Source of the DNA: a virus
Direction: 5' to 3' (one strand)
IMG/VR virus record: IMGVR_UViG_3300044630_005137
Coordinates: 42,227 to 106,226 of that record
Length of the DNA: 64,000 nt
Position numbers and translations under genes: made by a program. This document shows positions 10,144-23,000 of the stretch, one piece after another. Position 1 is the first letter of the stretch; every line of letters starts with the position of its first letter. The notes below the pieces were generated by a model. That model was not told where the DNA came from, searched no databases, and saw only the letters and a program-made list of their open reading frames with translations.

Positions 10144-13100
10144 TTAGATTGCTCTACACGAAATTGAGGTACTTAGCCCCTCCCTATACTCTAAAGTACA
10201 TTTAGTTATTACATACTTATTGCTAGACTGAGTCATTCCTAATATCGGATAATTTATGCTAACAATATCCCCAGCAGATAAAATTGGATTTCCAAAGACT
10301 GTCATATCAACAAATCTACCTTTATTTAAAGAGTTTGATTTAATCCAATTTGCAAGCTTTTCTGCGTCCTGTTCATTTTGAATCCATGAGGAATCAAATA
10401 TTACAGACTCTTTATTTTTAGGGTCATCTGACTGATCTGTATTATAATCTATGGCGGAGGATCTACTAATACTATTTCCAAGTATATAGAAGGTTGTATA
10501 ATTACTATCGTGTAAAACAACTGAAGTAGAGGTGTTGTTTAAAACGTATGCCTCAGCTGTAAATGGCTGCAACCTTTTATCAAGTACTGTGACGTAAGGA
10601 TTATTGGGAGTTCTAACCATAATAGGCAGGGCTGGCCTGTCGTCATAAGGAACTTTTATTTTTCTTATTTCTCTTGCAGTTGTTCCAAACTCCATAAGGC
10701 CCACCTCCTGTTCAGGAGTAGTGTCCGCATCATTATAAATTATATCTCCATATAACATAGAAATTGTATCGTCAGAATAATTTCCATTGTGCCTGTATGA
10801 CTGCAAACTACTATTTTTTTTATAAAGATCTTCATTGATACTTTTCCCGTATAAGAAATCAAAGAAGGCAATTCCCTGCCCACAATGCAGCGCTAAATTT
10901 TTTGTTATACCAATTGGTGGGATATATTGATTAAAAGAATCATTTCCCTGATCAACTGCTACTATCTTAAACCCATTAATAAAAACAGTAATTGTATTTT
11001 TAACTAATTGCCCCGACGTGGTTTGCGCCTTAACAAGCACGTCTATGCTGTAAGAACTACCTGCCATTATTCCACTCAGCTTTGTTGAATCAGATTGTTG
11101 ACTATCTTTTAAAACAGTAAGTTTATTATTTTGAATCTTGACAATCATTATATCTTTTTCTAATTTTGCAAAAGCTGATGTACGAACTATTACATAATAA
11201 CCATTTTTGCCAGTTGAGTCTAGGCAAAATCCTATGCCTCCAACCTGTTCTGGGCTCATAGCCTGACTATCAAAAAACATTCTAGTACCGCAAGCCATGT
11301 ATAAAGATCCTGTATTAATTGAATTAAATGGCTTCAACACCAAGCTATACATTTTTTTATCTCTGTCTAAATTTGATACCATAAGAAAGCTTTTGGACAG
11401 TGTATCAAATTTTGAATTTGCTGGTGCAGTTATATACCCTTCACGAACTTTTAATTGTGCAACATCTGGAGTCGCTAACGTAACTGTGTACCTGTTAAAT
11501 TTATTCGCATCTGTTTCGCCTGGATTATTAATGTAAGAGGATAAACTTTTTTTGTGATTCTTTTTAGATGTTTTAAAAGCTTCCCTTGTTTTAATATTAT
11601 ACTCCCCAGTTGGATAAAAATTTTTATATCCTGGTTTTGCCAAAGCTTGATACTTCCAAAAATCTGACTGGGTTTTCATTAGAACTCTAACTGGAGGCTT
11701 GTCACGTGCTGGAGTAAAAGAGTAATCTTTTTCTGCGGGAACATATTGATACCAAAGTCCGTCGTACTCAATGATCTCGTCATTAATTAAAACGTATCCG
11801 CTAAAAGCATCAAGGACCTTGTCAATTCTTGCTGAATTTATTGTGTTTGGAGTTAGCTTAAATGTTGTACTATTGTCATTAATATCTTCATCAAGTTTTC
11901 CAGCTCCAAGAAAAGAATCTGCTGAAGTCCAAAGTGGCGAGCTAGAATTACTATTTACAGCAACAGATGCCGAAGAGTATCTAACTGTAACTTGATTTGC
12001 AGAAAATATTTCTCTAGATGATAAATCAATTATATTTGGGGCATAGTCAAGAACATTTGCAGTTTTAACTTCTTCGCTTGTAAACACCCATTTAGGAGCA
12101 ATTGTGTTGTCGTATATAACATTTCTGCTGTAAAAATTTAAAACATTATTTTCATCTACAAATGCATTCATTTGAATATCTCTGCATAGCTCTTGCAATG
12201 TTTCCCAAACCGTTTTGTCTCCGTCACACCACCAGTAAAGTAAAGATGTAATTGAATCATCATCAGCTTTTCCATCGGTCATTTTTATATTAAATTTATA
12301 TGTGGAAAAACCAATCGAGTCAAGTATTCTTTTTATTACTGAAGTTACTGGTGAATCTTGAACTAATAATTGTGGGCACATAGTATCTTGTAATATTTTT
12401 GCTGCATCAGTTGCATCAATAGATACGTCTCCAAACTCAGAAATTGTCCAGGAGTTAGCATAAAATACACCTTGTTTTATTTGTTCTAGCGATACGCCTT
12501 CTCCAAGATATACGTATGGTTCTATGATGGTGTTTTTAAATAGATAAACCTTAGTATCGTCTATAATGGGATCTTTTATGTTATATTCTAAAATTGATCT
12601 AGATGTAGGAGAATGAGGTTTAAACAAAGCTAAGCTCAAGTAGTTTGCTGTAATCACTCCAACTGGAACAATTGAATTATCATCTGCTGTTGTTTCTTTA
12701 TTAACAGAAAATGATACTATGTCTGAGTCTATTGGTTTTACCCATCTTGGACTAAATTCGATTACCCCTAATAGTTTACCCGCTTTTGAATTAACTGCAG
12801 TTAATGTTATCTTCTTTAAATATTCCGTTGTTGTATATGTAGGAGGCTTGCTTGTTGACCATCCAGTTCCATTATAATATATTATTGCTTCCCCGTTAAC
12901 AAGTGTGGTTCCAGTGACAGATATAGTTGTATTATCTGCCCTAACCCCAGTTATGGTCCATGAAGTTGGGCTGGAGTGATTAGTTTCAAACCTTGCAATA
13001 ATTTTATTTGCAGGAACTAGCTTTACTGTAGTCTTTGCTTCATCTAAAAAATATTCTAAAGAAACACTAATGTCTTCATCTTTAGGTGCCAGCCAATATT

Positions 13101-13455
13101 TATACACCATGCTTGGGCCAGGATAATATAGTCTTGGCTTGTCTCCAATAGCTACGTCTCTAGGCTTTTCATAAAAACTCTGGTCTGGTGTGTCTGTCTG
13201 CTTGCCAGTTATAGGATCTTTTGTATAAACTAAATATTTAATTCCTGGGGCTAGAGGTCTAAATGGCTTATAGATTGTATCGATTGGAAATAGTTTTTTA
13301 TATGCATCTGTATAAGTATGTTTTGCAGCTGTAGATGTTGCTTTTATATATTCAACCATAGAGTTTAAGTTATACTCCATTGTTGCACCTGCTGAAGTTT
13401 TTATAGATGACCCCTTTTTAAGCAAGTCTTTATTTGAAGCGTTTATGGATATCAT
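10144..13455 (-). CDS. Tail-tip hub (Tal/baseplate hub-like) protein
   Basis: 1103 aa, second gene after the tape measure. C-terminal GNPILSAGDIVSI motif typical of hub proteins. Confidence 0.7.
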   Translation of the reverse strand: MISINASNKDLLKKGSSIKTSAGATMEYNLNSMVEYIKATSTAAKHTYTDAYKKLFPIDTIYKPFRPLAPGIKYLVYTKDPITGKQTDTPDQSFYEKPRDVAIGDKPRLYYPGPSMVYKYWLAPKDEDISVSLEYFLDEAKTTVKLVPANKIIARFETNHSSPTSWTITGVRADNTTISVTGTTLVNGEAIIYYNGTGWSTSKPPTYTTTEYLKKITLTAVNSKAGKLLGVIEFSPRWVKPIDSDIVSFSVNKETTADDNSIVPVGVITANYLSLALFKPHSPTSRSILEYNIKDPIIDDTKVYLFKNTIIEPYVYLGEGVSLEQIKQGVFYANSWTISEFGDVSIDATDAAKILQDTMCPQLLVQDSPVTSVIKRILDSIGFSTYKFNIKMTDGKADDDSITSLLYWWCDGDKTVWETLQELCRDIQMNAFVDENNVLNFYSRNVIYDNTIAPKWVFTSEEVKTANVLDYAPNIIDLSSREIFSANQVTVRYSSASVAVNSNSSSPLWTSADSFLGAGKLDEDINDNSTTFKLTPNTINSARIDKVLDAFSGYVLINDEIIEYDGLWYQYVPAEKDYSFTPARDKPPVRVLMKTQSDFWKYQALAKPGYKNFYPTGEYNIKTREAFKTSKKNHKKSLSSYINNPGETDANKFNRYTVTLATPDVAQLKVREGYITAPANSKFDTLSKSFLMVSNLDRDKKMYSLVLKPFNSINTGSLYMACGTRMFFDSQAMSPEQVGGIGFCLDSTGKNGYYVIVRTSAFAKLEKDIMIVKIQNNKLTVLKDSQQSDSTKLSGIMAGSSYSIDVLVKAQTTSGQLVKNTITVFINGFKIVAVDQGNDSFNQYIPPIGITKNLALHCGQGIAFFDFLYGKSINEDLYKKNSSLQSYRHNGNYSDDTISMLYGDIIYNDADTTPEQEVGLMEFGTTAREIRKIKVPYDDRPALPIMVRTPNNPYVTVLDKRLQPFTAEAYVLNNTSTSVVLHDSNYTTFYILGNSISRSSAIDYNTDQSDDPKNKESVIFDSSWIQNEQDAEKLANWIKSNSLNKGRFVDMTVFGNPILSAGDIVSINYPILGMTQSSNKYVITKCTLEYREGLSTSISCRAI

Positions 13456-14057
13456 ACTTGCTCCAGGCTTATGTTAACACTCCAAAAGGGTTGTATGCCT
13501 CTTTTTATTACAGTAAAGTCGCATGAGGTAAACATCATATTGTAAGTATATTTATTTGCCAAGAGGCCAGATGATTCCTCTATCATATCTACTGGAAATA
13601 CTGTTGGGTTTAATTTAATTAAAAATGCACCTTGACCAGCTGCGCTTTCATAAAAAGTTTTTAAATCTTCTGCTCCCCATCCACCATCAACTGTTTCATT
13701 TCTAAATGACGGTATCATTGCCCAAGATATGGATAGGTTTAGTTTATCAGCAATAAAATACTTTCTTAATGTTCCATTTGACATTCTTTGGCTATTTTCA
13801 ATTCTATTTGTACTTATAGAAAGAGGATCTCTATTGTGCTCTGTAACTCTTCTAAATTTTGTTGCAGTTGTTTTATCGCTAGTTGCAAGACCGTTTTTAG
13901 CTGCTGTATGAAAATCATATATATTTCCTGGTGCTGGAATATTTACTCCCTTATAATCAAAAGTGTTGTTAGCTGTATCAATTGCAAGTGGGTCGGGTGC
14001 TTGTATATAGAGAATTGATCCCTTTGATAAATTTTGAAACAATGGGCTCTGTGTCAT
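13452..14057 (-). CDS. Distal tail (Dit-like) protein
   Basis: 201 aa directly after the tape measure. Motifs RM.NGTLRKY and W.V.I.LE.V. Confidence 0.65.
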   Translation of the reverse strand: MTQSPLFQNLSKGSILYIQAPDPLAIDTANNTFDYKGVNIPAPGNIYDFHTAAKNGLATSDKTTATKFRRVTEHNRDPLSISTNRIENSQRMSNGTLRKYFIADKLNLSISWAMIPSFRNETVDGGWGAEDLKTFYESAAGQGAFLIKLNPTVFPVDMIEESSGLLANKYTYNMMFTSCDFTVIKRGIQPFWSVNISLEQV

Positions 14058-17000
14058 TATCCATTACCTACTCTTCTATTTACTCCCGCTGCCATTTCTT
14101 TTAATCTCATTTCTTTATGTATTTGAGTTGCAACATCTTGTGCTGTTACATTAGTTCCATTTAATTCTACACTAATATTATATACTGAACCTGATACAGC
14201 CGCCGATGCATTTGGATTAAATGGGTTCATATTGGCTGGAATTACTGCTTCATTTTTATGAAGCATTGCCAGCATATTTGCAGGAACCATATTGATTCCA
14301 TTTTCAAACATTGGAACACCTAGATTTGAAAGAGAATTAACCATTCCACCATTTGCAAATTTTGGTCTAATTGAACCAAACTCAAGCAATTTTTTAAAAG
14401 TATTATTAATAGCATCCATGAATGGAAGGTTCCTGCTATGTAAATCCGTTTTCATTAATCGGGATAAATCATGTGGGTAAATTCCTTGGGGCAAAGCCGC
14501 GCCTCTAACTACAGAGTAGAATTCATCTGCAGTGTTAGCTCTTTGTGGTCCAGGTGTTCCCCTCTTGTCCCCTCTTACAGTAAATTTTTTGCCCCCAACT
14601 GCAATTCTTTGTCCTCCGCCAAGTAATTCTACTAATTCTGGGGGTAAGGTTGATGTAAATTCATCATACATTCCACCAATAGAAAGTGGTGTCGGAACTT
14701 GTTCTGGGAGTACGTCTATCTTATAAAGACCAGCATTGCTTCCACCCATCCAGTTTCCTGCTTTATCTCCTGTAAGGTTTAAATGAGCATCGCTAGCATA
14801 GTGTGCTGCCATTTTTGAAGACAAACTCCAGTATCCACCAAGCTTGCTATGTGCTTCGGTAGCTTTATACATTGCAAGGGGTTGATTTGGATCTAGTCCG
14901 TGGGCTGCGGCGTATGCTTTATTTGCAGCTTTAGAAAACTCCGTGGTGACTGTTTCTGCAGTTTCAGCTCTGCTAATTTGTCCTTTACCCATTAAGCCTA
15001 GCATTGTCATAAAATATTCTTTTGACACGTCTTTAATTGCTGGGTCTCCGTTTTTGTTTAATATTTCCCACGCTTCTCCCCAATAATAATTGTAAGCTCT
15101 AGACAAATCTGTTCCTGGCGGACTAAAAAATGTAGTTGGGGCATCAGTTAGTGCACGATCTCCAGATAAAACCATCTCTGGAATAGAAGCTCCCCTTGCT
15201 TCAGCATACTCCATTGCTTTTTTCTGTAAGTTTCTAATAATTGTTTTACTTGCTTTAGAGGATTTCATTGATGAGACAGCAGGTCCGCCAGCACCAGTTG
15301 TAGCATTTGCCAAACGTGCAGAGTTTGCTACACCAGTAGCTCCCATTCCAACTCTTGCGCCGAGACCAAATCCCATAAAATTAAATGGCAGCAATGATGC
15401 AGATAAGTTATCTCCCTCTCTGCTTTGGCCAGTAGCTTTTCTTAAAGCAGCAACTGCTCCAAGTGGGTCTGAGGCCATCCATGAAGTAAGTGGTGATCTA
15501 GAAAGAATTGCTTGAGCTTCATCTTGTGATTCAGTTAATCCAGATACATATCTTTGTAGCCAATTTTGTTTTTTAGATGTTGGCTCTCCATACTTATGCT
15601 TATGTCCTACTGGACCACCTTTGTGGAATCGCTTAGCGTTCATTTCAATAATCTTGGCTCGCATTGCGGTCTTAGATAAATCGTTAAGGATTTGGCTTGC
15701 TACCTCACTTGCAGAACCCATGCCAGCATCTACGTACTTATACTTATCGTGTCTACTATAGCCTATAGTTCCATCGCTACCTAGCCACGAGTATGCAGGA
15801 CCGTCAGAAACTTTTATTGGCTTAGTAAGTTTAGCAGCAGTCTTTGCTGCCCCTCCGTAGTTCCTAGCCATTTCGTATGCGTACTTAGCATAGGCAGTAG
15901 TACCTTTACGAGGTGCTTGTATTAGTGTATTTGTAAGAGCGTCATGAGGATGTGGATGGACATAGCCACCGTCGTGCATACCAACCGTAAATCCTCCGCC
16001 GCCGCCTAACAATCCGCCAGACCATGCAGATGCGCCAGAGCCAATTAGTGGAGGAGTATACTTGTCTATACCCATTCCTGGAGACTTGAATTTCTTTCTC
16101 TTCTTAGGCCAAGAAGGAATGCCTGGTCCGCCACCTTCGCCAAAGGCTTGAACCATTCCTCCACCTGCAAACTTTTTAGGGATATTTATCCTACTGCCTT
16201 TGTAAACTGTATTGCCTAAAAGATAATCAGGATTTAATTCAGCAAGTACTTTTGAATCAATATTAAGACTTTTTGCAATTTGTGATAAAGTTTGATCTTT
16301 TTCTACCACATGAGTTGTTCGTTGATTTACAGCTGCAGATATAGCATCTTCAATTGCTGTAAGTGGAGAAGGCATAAAGTTGGGTCTTGCATAGGCTACT
16401 AGGGCATTGTCCCCTACAGATTCTTTTGTTAAGTAATACCCACTTTGGCTAACTCTGTCTCTTATATTTCCATCAACAGTAGATATACTAAATTGTTCTA
16501 CGCCGCTATAACTCTTTTCTCTTTTAACTTCAGTTGCAATTGCGGCATGTCTTATTCTATTCGTATCAGAATCAGAACTTTGCTGAGCCCAATTTAAATA
16601 CATAATGTCGCCAGGCTTTGGAGGATTTTTTAAAATCCTAGCCCAGCCAGCTTTTGCTTTATCCTGTTTAGATTTTTCTCTTTTTGCTTGATAGGCATGA
16701 TATTTTTTATAATACTCATCCGCAGCTTTTTCATACCTTTCAATATCTTTTGGATTCCCATAGTATTTTCCAGTATCATAATTTACTCCAACGTTAAAGT
16801 CAGAAGCTCTTGGCGATTCGCCTACATCATCCGAAGCAGATCGATCATCTATTTTTGTTGGTATTGTTGTAGCAACATCTACAAGCTGACCTAATCCTGC
16901 AAAACTTTTAGCACCGTCTGCTGTATAAAAAGTATCTGGTATTTTAACGCCAGACATGTGTGCGGCCCACTGAACAAATGTTCCACACCATGCAAATGCT

Positions 17001-20000
17001 TTTGCTCCAAGGTCTTTTATGCTATTGAGCCATCTTGAATATTTTGTTATATTATTACCCTCTGCGCCATATGTTTTGCCCATTACTTCTTCTTCAGTTC
17101 CAAGTTGAGAAATTGCTGTATCTATAAATCTTTTAGCAGTACCAAGTGGTGATTTAACATCTTTTAATGTTGGATCTTTACCTATTTCTTTTAGTAATGC
17201 TTGTCCGCCAGTTGAAAATTTTTGAACTTGGCCTCCATTTGCAAACCGACCAGCATTTATATCATCCATTGCTTTTACGCCATACTTTGCAACAGAAGAT
17301 GCCTTGATCACATATTCTCCATGTGAAAGCATCGCTGGAATAGAGTCTGATGTTGCAGTTCCTGGACCTCTAACCTTACCTCCGCTAGCATATGTTGGAC
17401 TGATATCTCTTTGGTACTGAATACTTCCATCATTTAAAACTAAGAATTGTTTTTTAACTCCATTAGCTTCTTCTAAAGTAAATTGTTGTCCTGGTTTATA
17501 TCCCTTTTTTGCTGCAAAGTACTTTACTGCGCTTCTATCATTAAATAATGGTGTGTTCCAATCAATATATTTTTTACCTACCGCGTCCTTTGCGGTTCCA
17601 GCATTTATTGGATCTTTATAAGTTCCGCCACCACGAATTGCTGCAACTATTTCTTCGGTCATTTTCTTTATTGAGTACCCCTTGCCACCAGTAATCTGAT
17701 CAGCAAACTTTGTTACTGCGGCAACATCTCTATCAAATATAGAAAGTGTGTCTTTATTTACAGATACTCTTGGAACTATTCCTGCAGTGCCAGCGTCTGG
17801 CAATCCAGCAGGTTTAGATTCTACATATACTTTCTTTACAGTTCCATCTTTATTAAAATATTCAGCAAAGGCTGATCTTATGTCCTTTGCAGTTTGGCTA
17901 TTTCCAGTTCCTGCCACACCAATTTGTTTAAGCAAATTATCAAGTCTGCCCAGAAGTTGTACCTCTGAATCTCTTTTTGCTTTGCTATCTGGTAACAGAT
18001 TATTTGTTATTCTTAGTGTAGTTATCTCATCATAAGTATCTTTAAAGCCTTTAATTAGATCTGCAATTTTAGTTGCGCTTGCTGCGCCATCTTGCGCTCC
18101 CTCGAACTTTTGGGCTGCTGCATCGGCTTTTGCTTGTTTTGCATCTATTTTCTTTTGCTCAATAGCCTTTAGTCTAGCTGCTTCGTCCTCTATTGCTTTT
18201 TGAGTTAGGTCAAACTGTCTATTACTAGTAAGTTGATCTATTTCTATTCTTGCTCTAGCTGCGCCAGCCTGATCTCCACGAGATATAGCGTCTGCATATT
18301 CTATTTGAAGCTTTTGTAATTCTAACGCATAGTTTGATGCATCTTGAGTTGCTCTTAAAGACTCTAATTTTTTATTTTTTTCATCTTCAATAAGACTAAT
18401 TTTTTTAGCAATTAATTTTAATTCTTCTTGAATATTTTTCTGTGTGGCAGCAGCAGCTTTTTGTGATGCGGCGGAAGTAGCTGCAATTGATTTTTGTAGC
18501 TTATTTAATATCTTTCCAACAGATCCATATGTGCTTCCGTCCCCAGCGGCTTTAGTTAATCCATCAATTCCTTCTCCAACTGCTGCAGTAAATCCAGCTA
18601 GCTTTATAGCTAATTCGCCATCAAGGTACTTAAGGTCTAGACCGATTCCAGAAGTAGATAGTTTTATTTTTGCTAAAATTGATTTTATTGAATCAAATTT
18701 ATTTGTAATTTTTGCTAACTCTGGACTCATATCTTGTATTACTTTAAAAGTTTCTTCTCCTATTGCAGCATTAAAATTAGGAACATCTTTTTCTAGATTT
18801 GCTAAAGATATTTGATATGCCTCATACTCATCAATGACTTCACCAGTTGCATTCTTTGTTCCAATAAGTGCTTTAGTACTAGAGTCAAATGTACTTATAA
18901 CACTTTCAAGACCAGATATAACACCCTTCTTGTATGCATTAGTATCTGCAAAAGCATTGGCATATCTATCAATTAGGCCAATGAATGTTAAATCTACGCC
19001 TCTTTCAAATAAGTTATTTTCTTCCTTCCATTGCTTAGTAAACCACATTGGTTGTTTTGCAAGATTATACTCAAAAGATCCCTTTGACCAACCAGTTTTT
19101 GGTTCAGGCTTTAATGTTTCTAGTAAATTTTTAACAGCAAACTCAGCCGCTGTGGCTTTATCTGTAATTGCACCAAATCCGCTATTGGCCAACAATTCAT
19201 AAGATTTTGTGGCTTTCTCGCTATTAGCAATTGCTCCGTAAATCATTCTATTTGCTTGCTCTACACTCAAGCCTCCTGCAATAAATTGTGCTTTTTGGTT
19301 GTTTATTAAAGTTTGAAGCTCTCCAGTGCTTGAAGTTCTATTAATTGATTCAATTAAATCTTTAAGAGCCGCGCCTTCTTCTTTTGCTTTCTTCATGTCT
19401 TCTACTGATTGTGGTATACCAGGCATTCCTATGGAGCTGCTTCTTCCTCCTTGTGCCGCAGCATTTGCCAATTTTTGTTTTTCAATATACTCTGTAAGGT
19501 AGTTATTAAGATTAAAGTATGATATTCCAGCTTGTTCAGCACCGTCTTTAGTAATGCCCAAAGACATTGCGGCATCCTGTTGAGCATTATTATATTTCTT
19601 CCAAACATCAAAGCCAATTAAAAGAACTGATATGACTACACCAACACCTTTAAGAATTTTAATATATTTACCTAATTGTGCTCCTAACTTAGATATTGCA
19701 TCTTTAAAGCCTTTAGCAGCTTTAATTGCAGCCATAGTTGCACTAGTGGTTGTTTTTATTTTGTTTCCAACTGTTAACCATGGGACCATAGGGATTATAG
19801 TTGATGCGGCCATAATACCTAATCCAGCATTCATTCCAGACATTTCCATGCCAAGCATATTAACTTTTTCCTGCTGCATCATGTACATTCCGCCCATGTT
19901 GCCAGCCATACCGATACCCATCTGGGCACCCATTCCCATTCCGCCTCTTATTTTGGTATCAAGCCCTGCTGCTTGTGCAGACTTTTTATCATGGATATAT

Positions 20001-23000
20001 CCGTCGGCGTCCATGTACTCACGTTTTCTGTAGCCCAAGGTTCCAACTTTACGGCTCTTTGTTCCATCTTGCCCAGTCTCTTTCCAATCGCCAACCATTC
20101 CAGGACCAGACATAGATATTGGCATAATTTGGCCAGGTCCCATTAGATAGTTTGCACCTGGATATGCAGCCGAATAGCTTCTAGCTTGATGTCTTAATAT
20201 ACCGTCCTTAATATCTCTTGTATTTGTTTTTACCCAATTAGAAAGGAATGAAGCATTTAGTCTTGCAGATGCTACTTGGGATTTTGCAAAATCTCTATAT
20301 GCGCTATTAATGTGAGTTGCTGATGTTGCAATTCCATATCTTAAACCTACTGTGCCGACCTTAATTGATTTAGTTAAAGAATCAAACGCTCTAGTTACTC
20401 CTGCTGGTAGCTGACCTATTTGAGAAAGCTTTAAGGTATCTATAATCTGTTGAGATTGACCAGTTGCTACTGAACCAAAAGCGTTACCAGCAACTCCAGA
20501 TCCTCCAACATAAGGAACTCGGATGACCTGCATTTGAGGGTTTCCTGAAGATGTGTATCCAGATCCAGATGGAGGATTATAAGATGCAGTTCTTGCTGCT
20601 CTTAATCTATCATCTTCAGCTCTTTTTGCTGGGTTTCCTGATCTCTGTGACCCTTTTTTATTCTTAGCGCCATATGCATATCTTCCTGATCTAACTGGGC
20701 CTCCGCCGATTGGGCCACCACTATTTCTTTTAGCTGCAACATGAACTGCATGCAGCGGACCAAAATCAGTTGCATCATCCATTCCATTTTCAAATCTTTG
20801 TAGCAATTTGATATATGGGGCTCTGTCTTCTCTCGGCAACGTTGCAACAAACTTAATAAGTTTTGGATGCATCTTTTTCATTGCGGCTTTTATTTTTCTG
20901 TTATACTGCTTAGATGTCATTCCTGCAGCAATTGGTGCTGTGTTTACTGCAAAGTCTTTCCTGGCTCCGCCTTTAACTCCAAGCAGATTTATCATAGCTT
21001 GATCTATCATAGAAGGAAGAGACTCTGCGTGTGCGGTATTGCGTGAAGCTTTAGGGAATACTCCTGCTGCTCCGACATCTGCCAAAACATTTCCATAAAC
21101 ATTGCTTGGAGATAAATCCTTATTATTCATAACTAAAGATGCAATTGTTTGTCTAATCATTTCATCTTCGGTAAAGACTGTTCCTCCAGTAGTAAACCTT
21201 TTATCAAACGGTGACTCAACACCGAGCAACTTTGATTTGCCACTTGGGTCTAATGGATTTGATATTGTTTTAATTGTTTGCTCAGGAGCATCAAGCCCAA
21301 ACACTTCTCTAGCCATTCTAGTTCCGTATACCTCAGCTTTAGCAGATATTTCATTTGGAACACCCTTAAAGAACTTAAGTCTACCTTCGGAGTCTCTGTA
21401 TAATCCAGAAACACCAGGTATTGGATAACTCATTCCAGAGCTTGGTGAAACCATGTGTCCATATTTAACGGGAGGCAAATCTTTAAACGATCCAGTTGCT
21501 GTAGCCCTTGACATTTCACGAGATTGCTCTAAAATATCAAGTTGCTTACCTGGCGGTAATAATTTTAACAATGGGGATATGCTAGTCCCTCTATCTCTGC
21601 CCGCTACTGCTTCTTTAATCCACGGGTACTTAATCATATCGGCTTCACGCTTTTTAGCATATTGAGCTTGCTGAGCCAATCTAATAGACTCTAGTCTTGC
21701 AGAGAGTGGAGGAACCACTCCGTATGAAAATCTACCTGGAGATACAGATCCACCTGGAATCATACCTCCCATGTTAAGTTTAGCAAGTACTGGTGTCATT
21801 ATAGGAGGTCTTCCTCTAGGGATTAACATCCATCTCTTTCTTTCCATAACGGCTTCAAGGAACATCTGAAGATCGTTTCTTTGCTTTGGTGTTGCTCTTA
21901 CAACTGAACCAGATGCAATTTGTTCTTTAGTTTTAAACAAATTATTTTCTTCAAGCGCTGTAGCAATATCATCTACTGTTGTCATCTTGTGCATTCCAAC
22001 AGATTTAAGTGCTATCTGAAAATTCTTTCTAGCATCTTCTCCGCTCAAGTGAAGTATGTCTGGAGATATTCCTATATCTTGAAGTCTAGCCATTATGCTG
22101 TTAATACCGTTTGGAATTACTGCGGCAACTCCCATGTGACCGCTAGTGGCATACCCAACATTTCCATGACGTGTAATATGGCCTCTAGCATGCAAGCCTT
22201 CTATATAAGGCATGCCCTTTGAATTCTTAAGATCAGTAGGAGTAACCCCTTCAATCAAATCAAATACATCTTTAAACTTTCGATTCTTAAGCATAGCGGA
22301 TCTTACATTATTTAGTTCATAGTTTAGGGCTGTGCTTCCGCCAGTGCTTCTAGTATTTGTAGGATCATTTAGCTTTAATCCAGGGAATTTAAGATTACCA
22401 TTAGCATCTTTAGCTCCTTCTAAACCTTGAACCTGTTTAATTCTTATGTCTATAAACTTCTCAATAGATCCGCCTGATTTTCCTATAGCTTTATCAAAGT
22501 TACTAGTTGCAATATTAATAGCTTTATCAATAGGCATTTTAGCTTTGCCTGCTAATTCAGCAGCATCTAACATGATCATTCTTACTCTAATGTCGTCTGC
22601 GTATCTTGGGTTATTAATAAATCTTAGATATTCTCTTAGCCTTCTCTTATAATAGGCTTTATTTTCTACTTGTGGAGTTTTGCCTGTCTTCTTTCCATAT
22701 CCAGTAACTCCATTCATTATCTGCCCGCCGAAATTGTAACCGCTATTTGCGGCATCTACAGCTGCATACAGTTCAGGCATTCTTTGAATCTTAGGACCAA
22801 ACACTACTTCCCGTGGTGTGAGTGCTGCTGTTATCTCTCCACCATTTTCATATGTAGCAGAAGCCATTGCAACAAGCGGTGCATTTGCTGGGTCCATAGA
22901 TGCTGATTGGTTTAATACGTATCCACCAACTGGAACACTTCCAAGTCTATCGTCATAGTTAATAGAAGATGGACCAGAAACCATAGTCTTGCCTGGGCCA

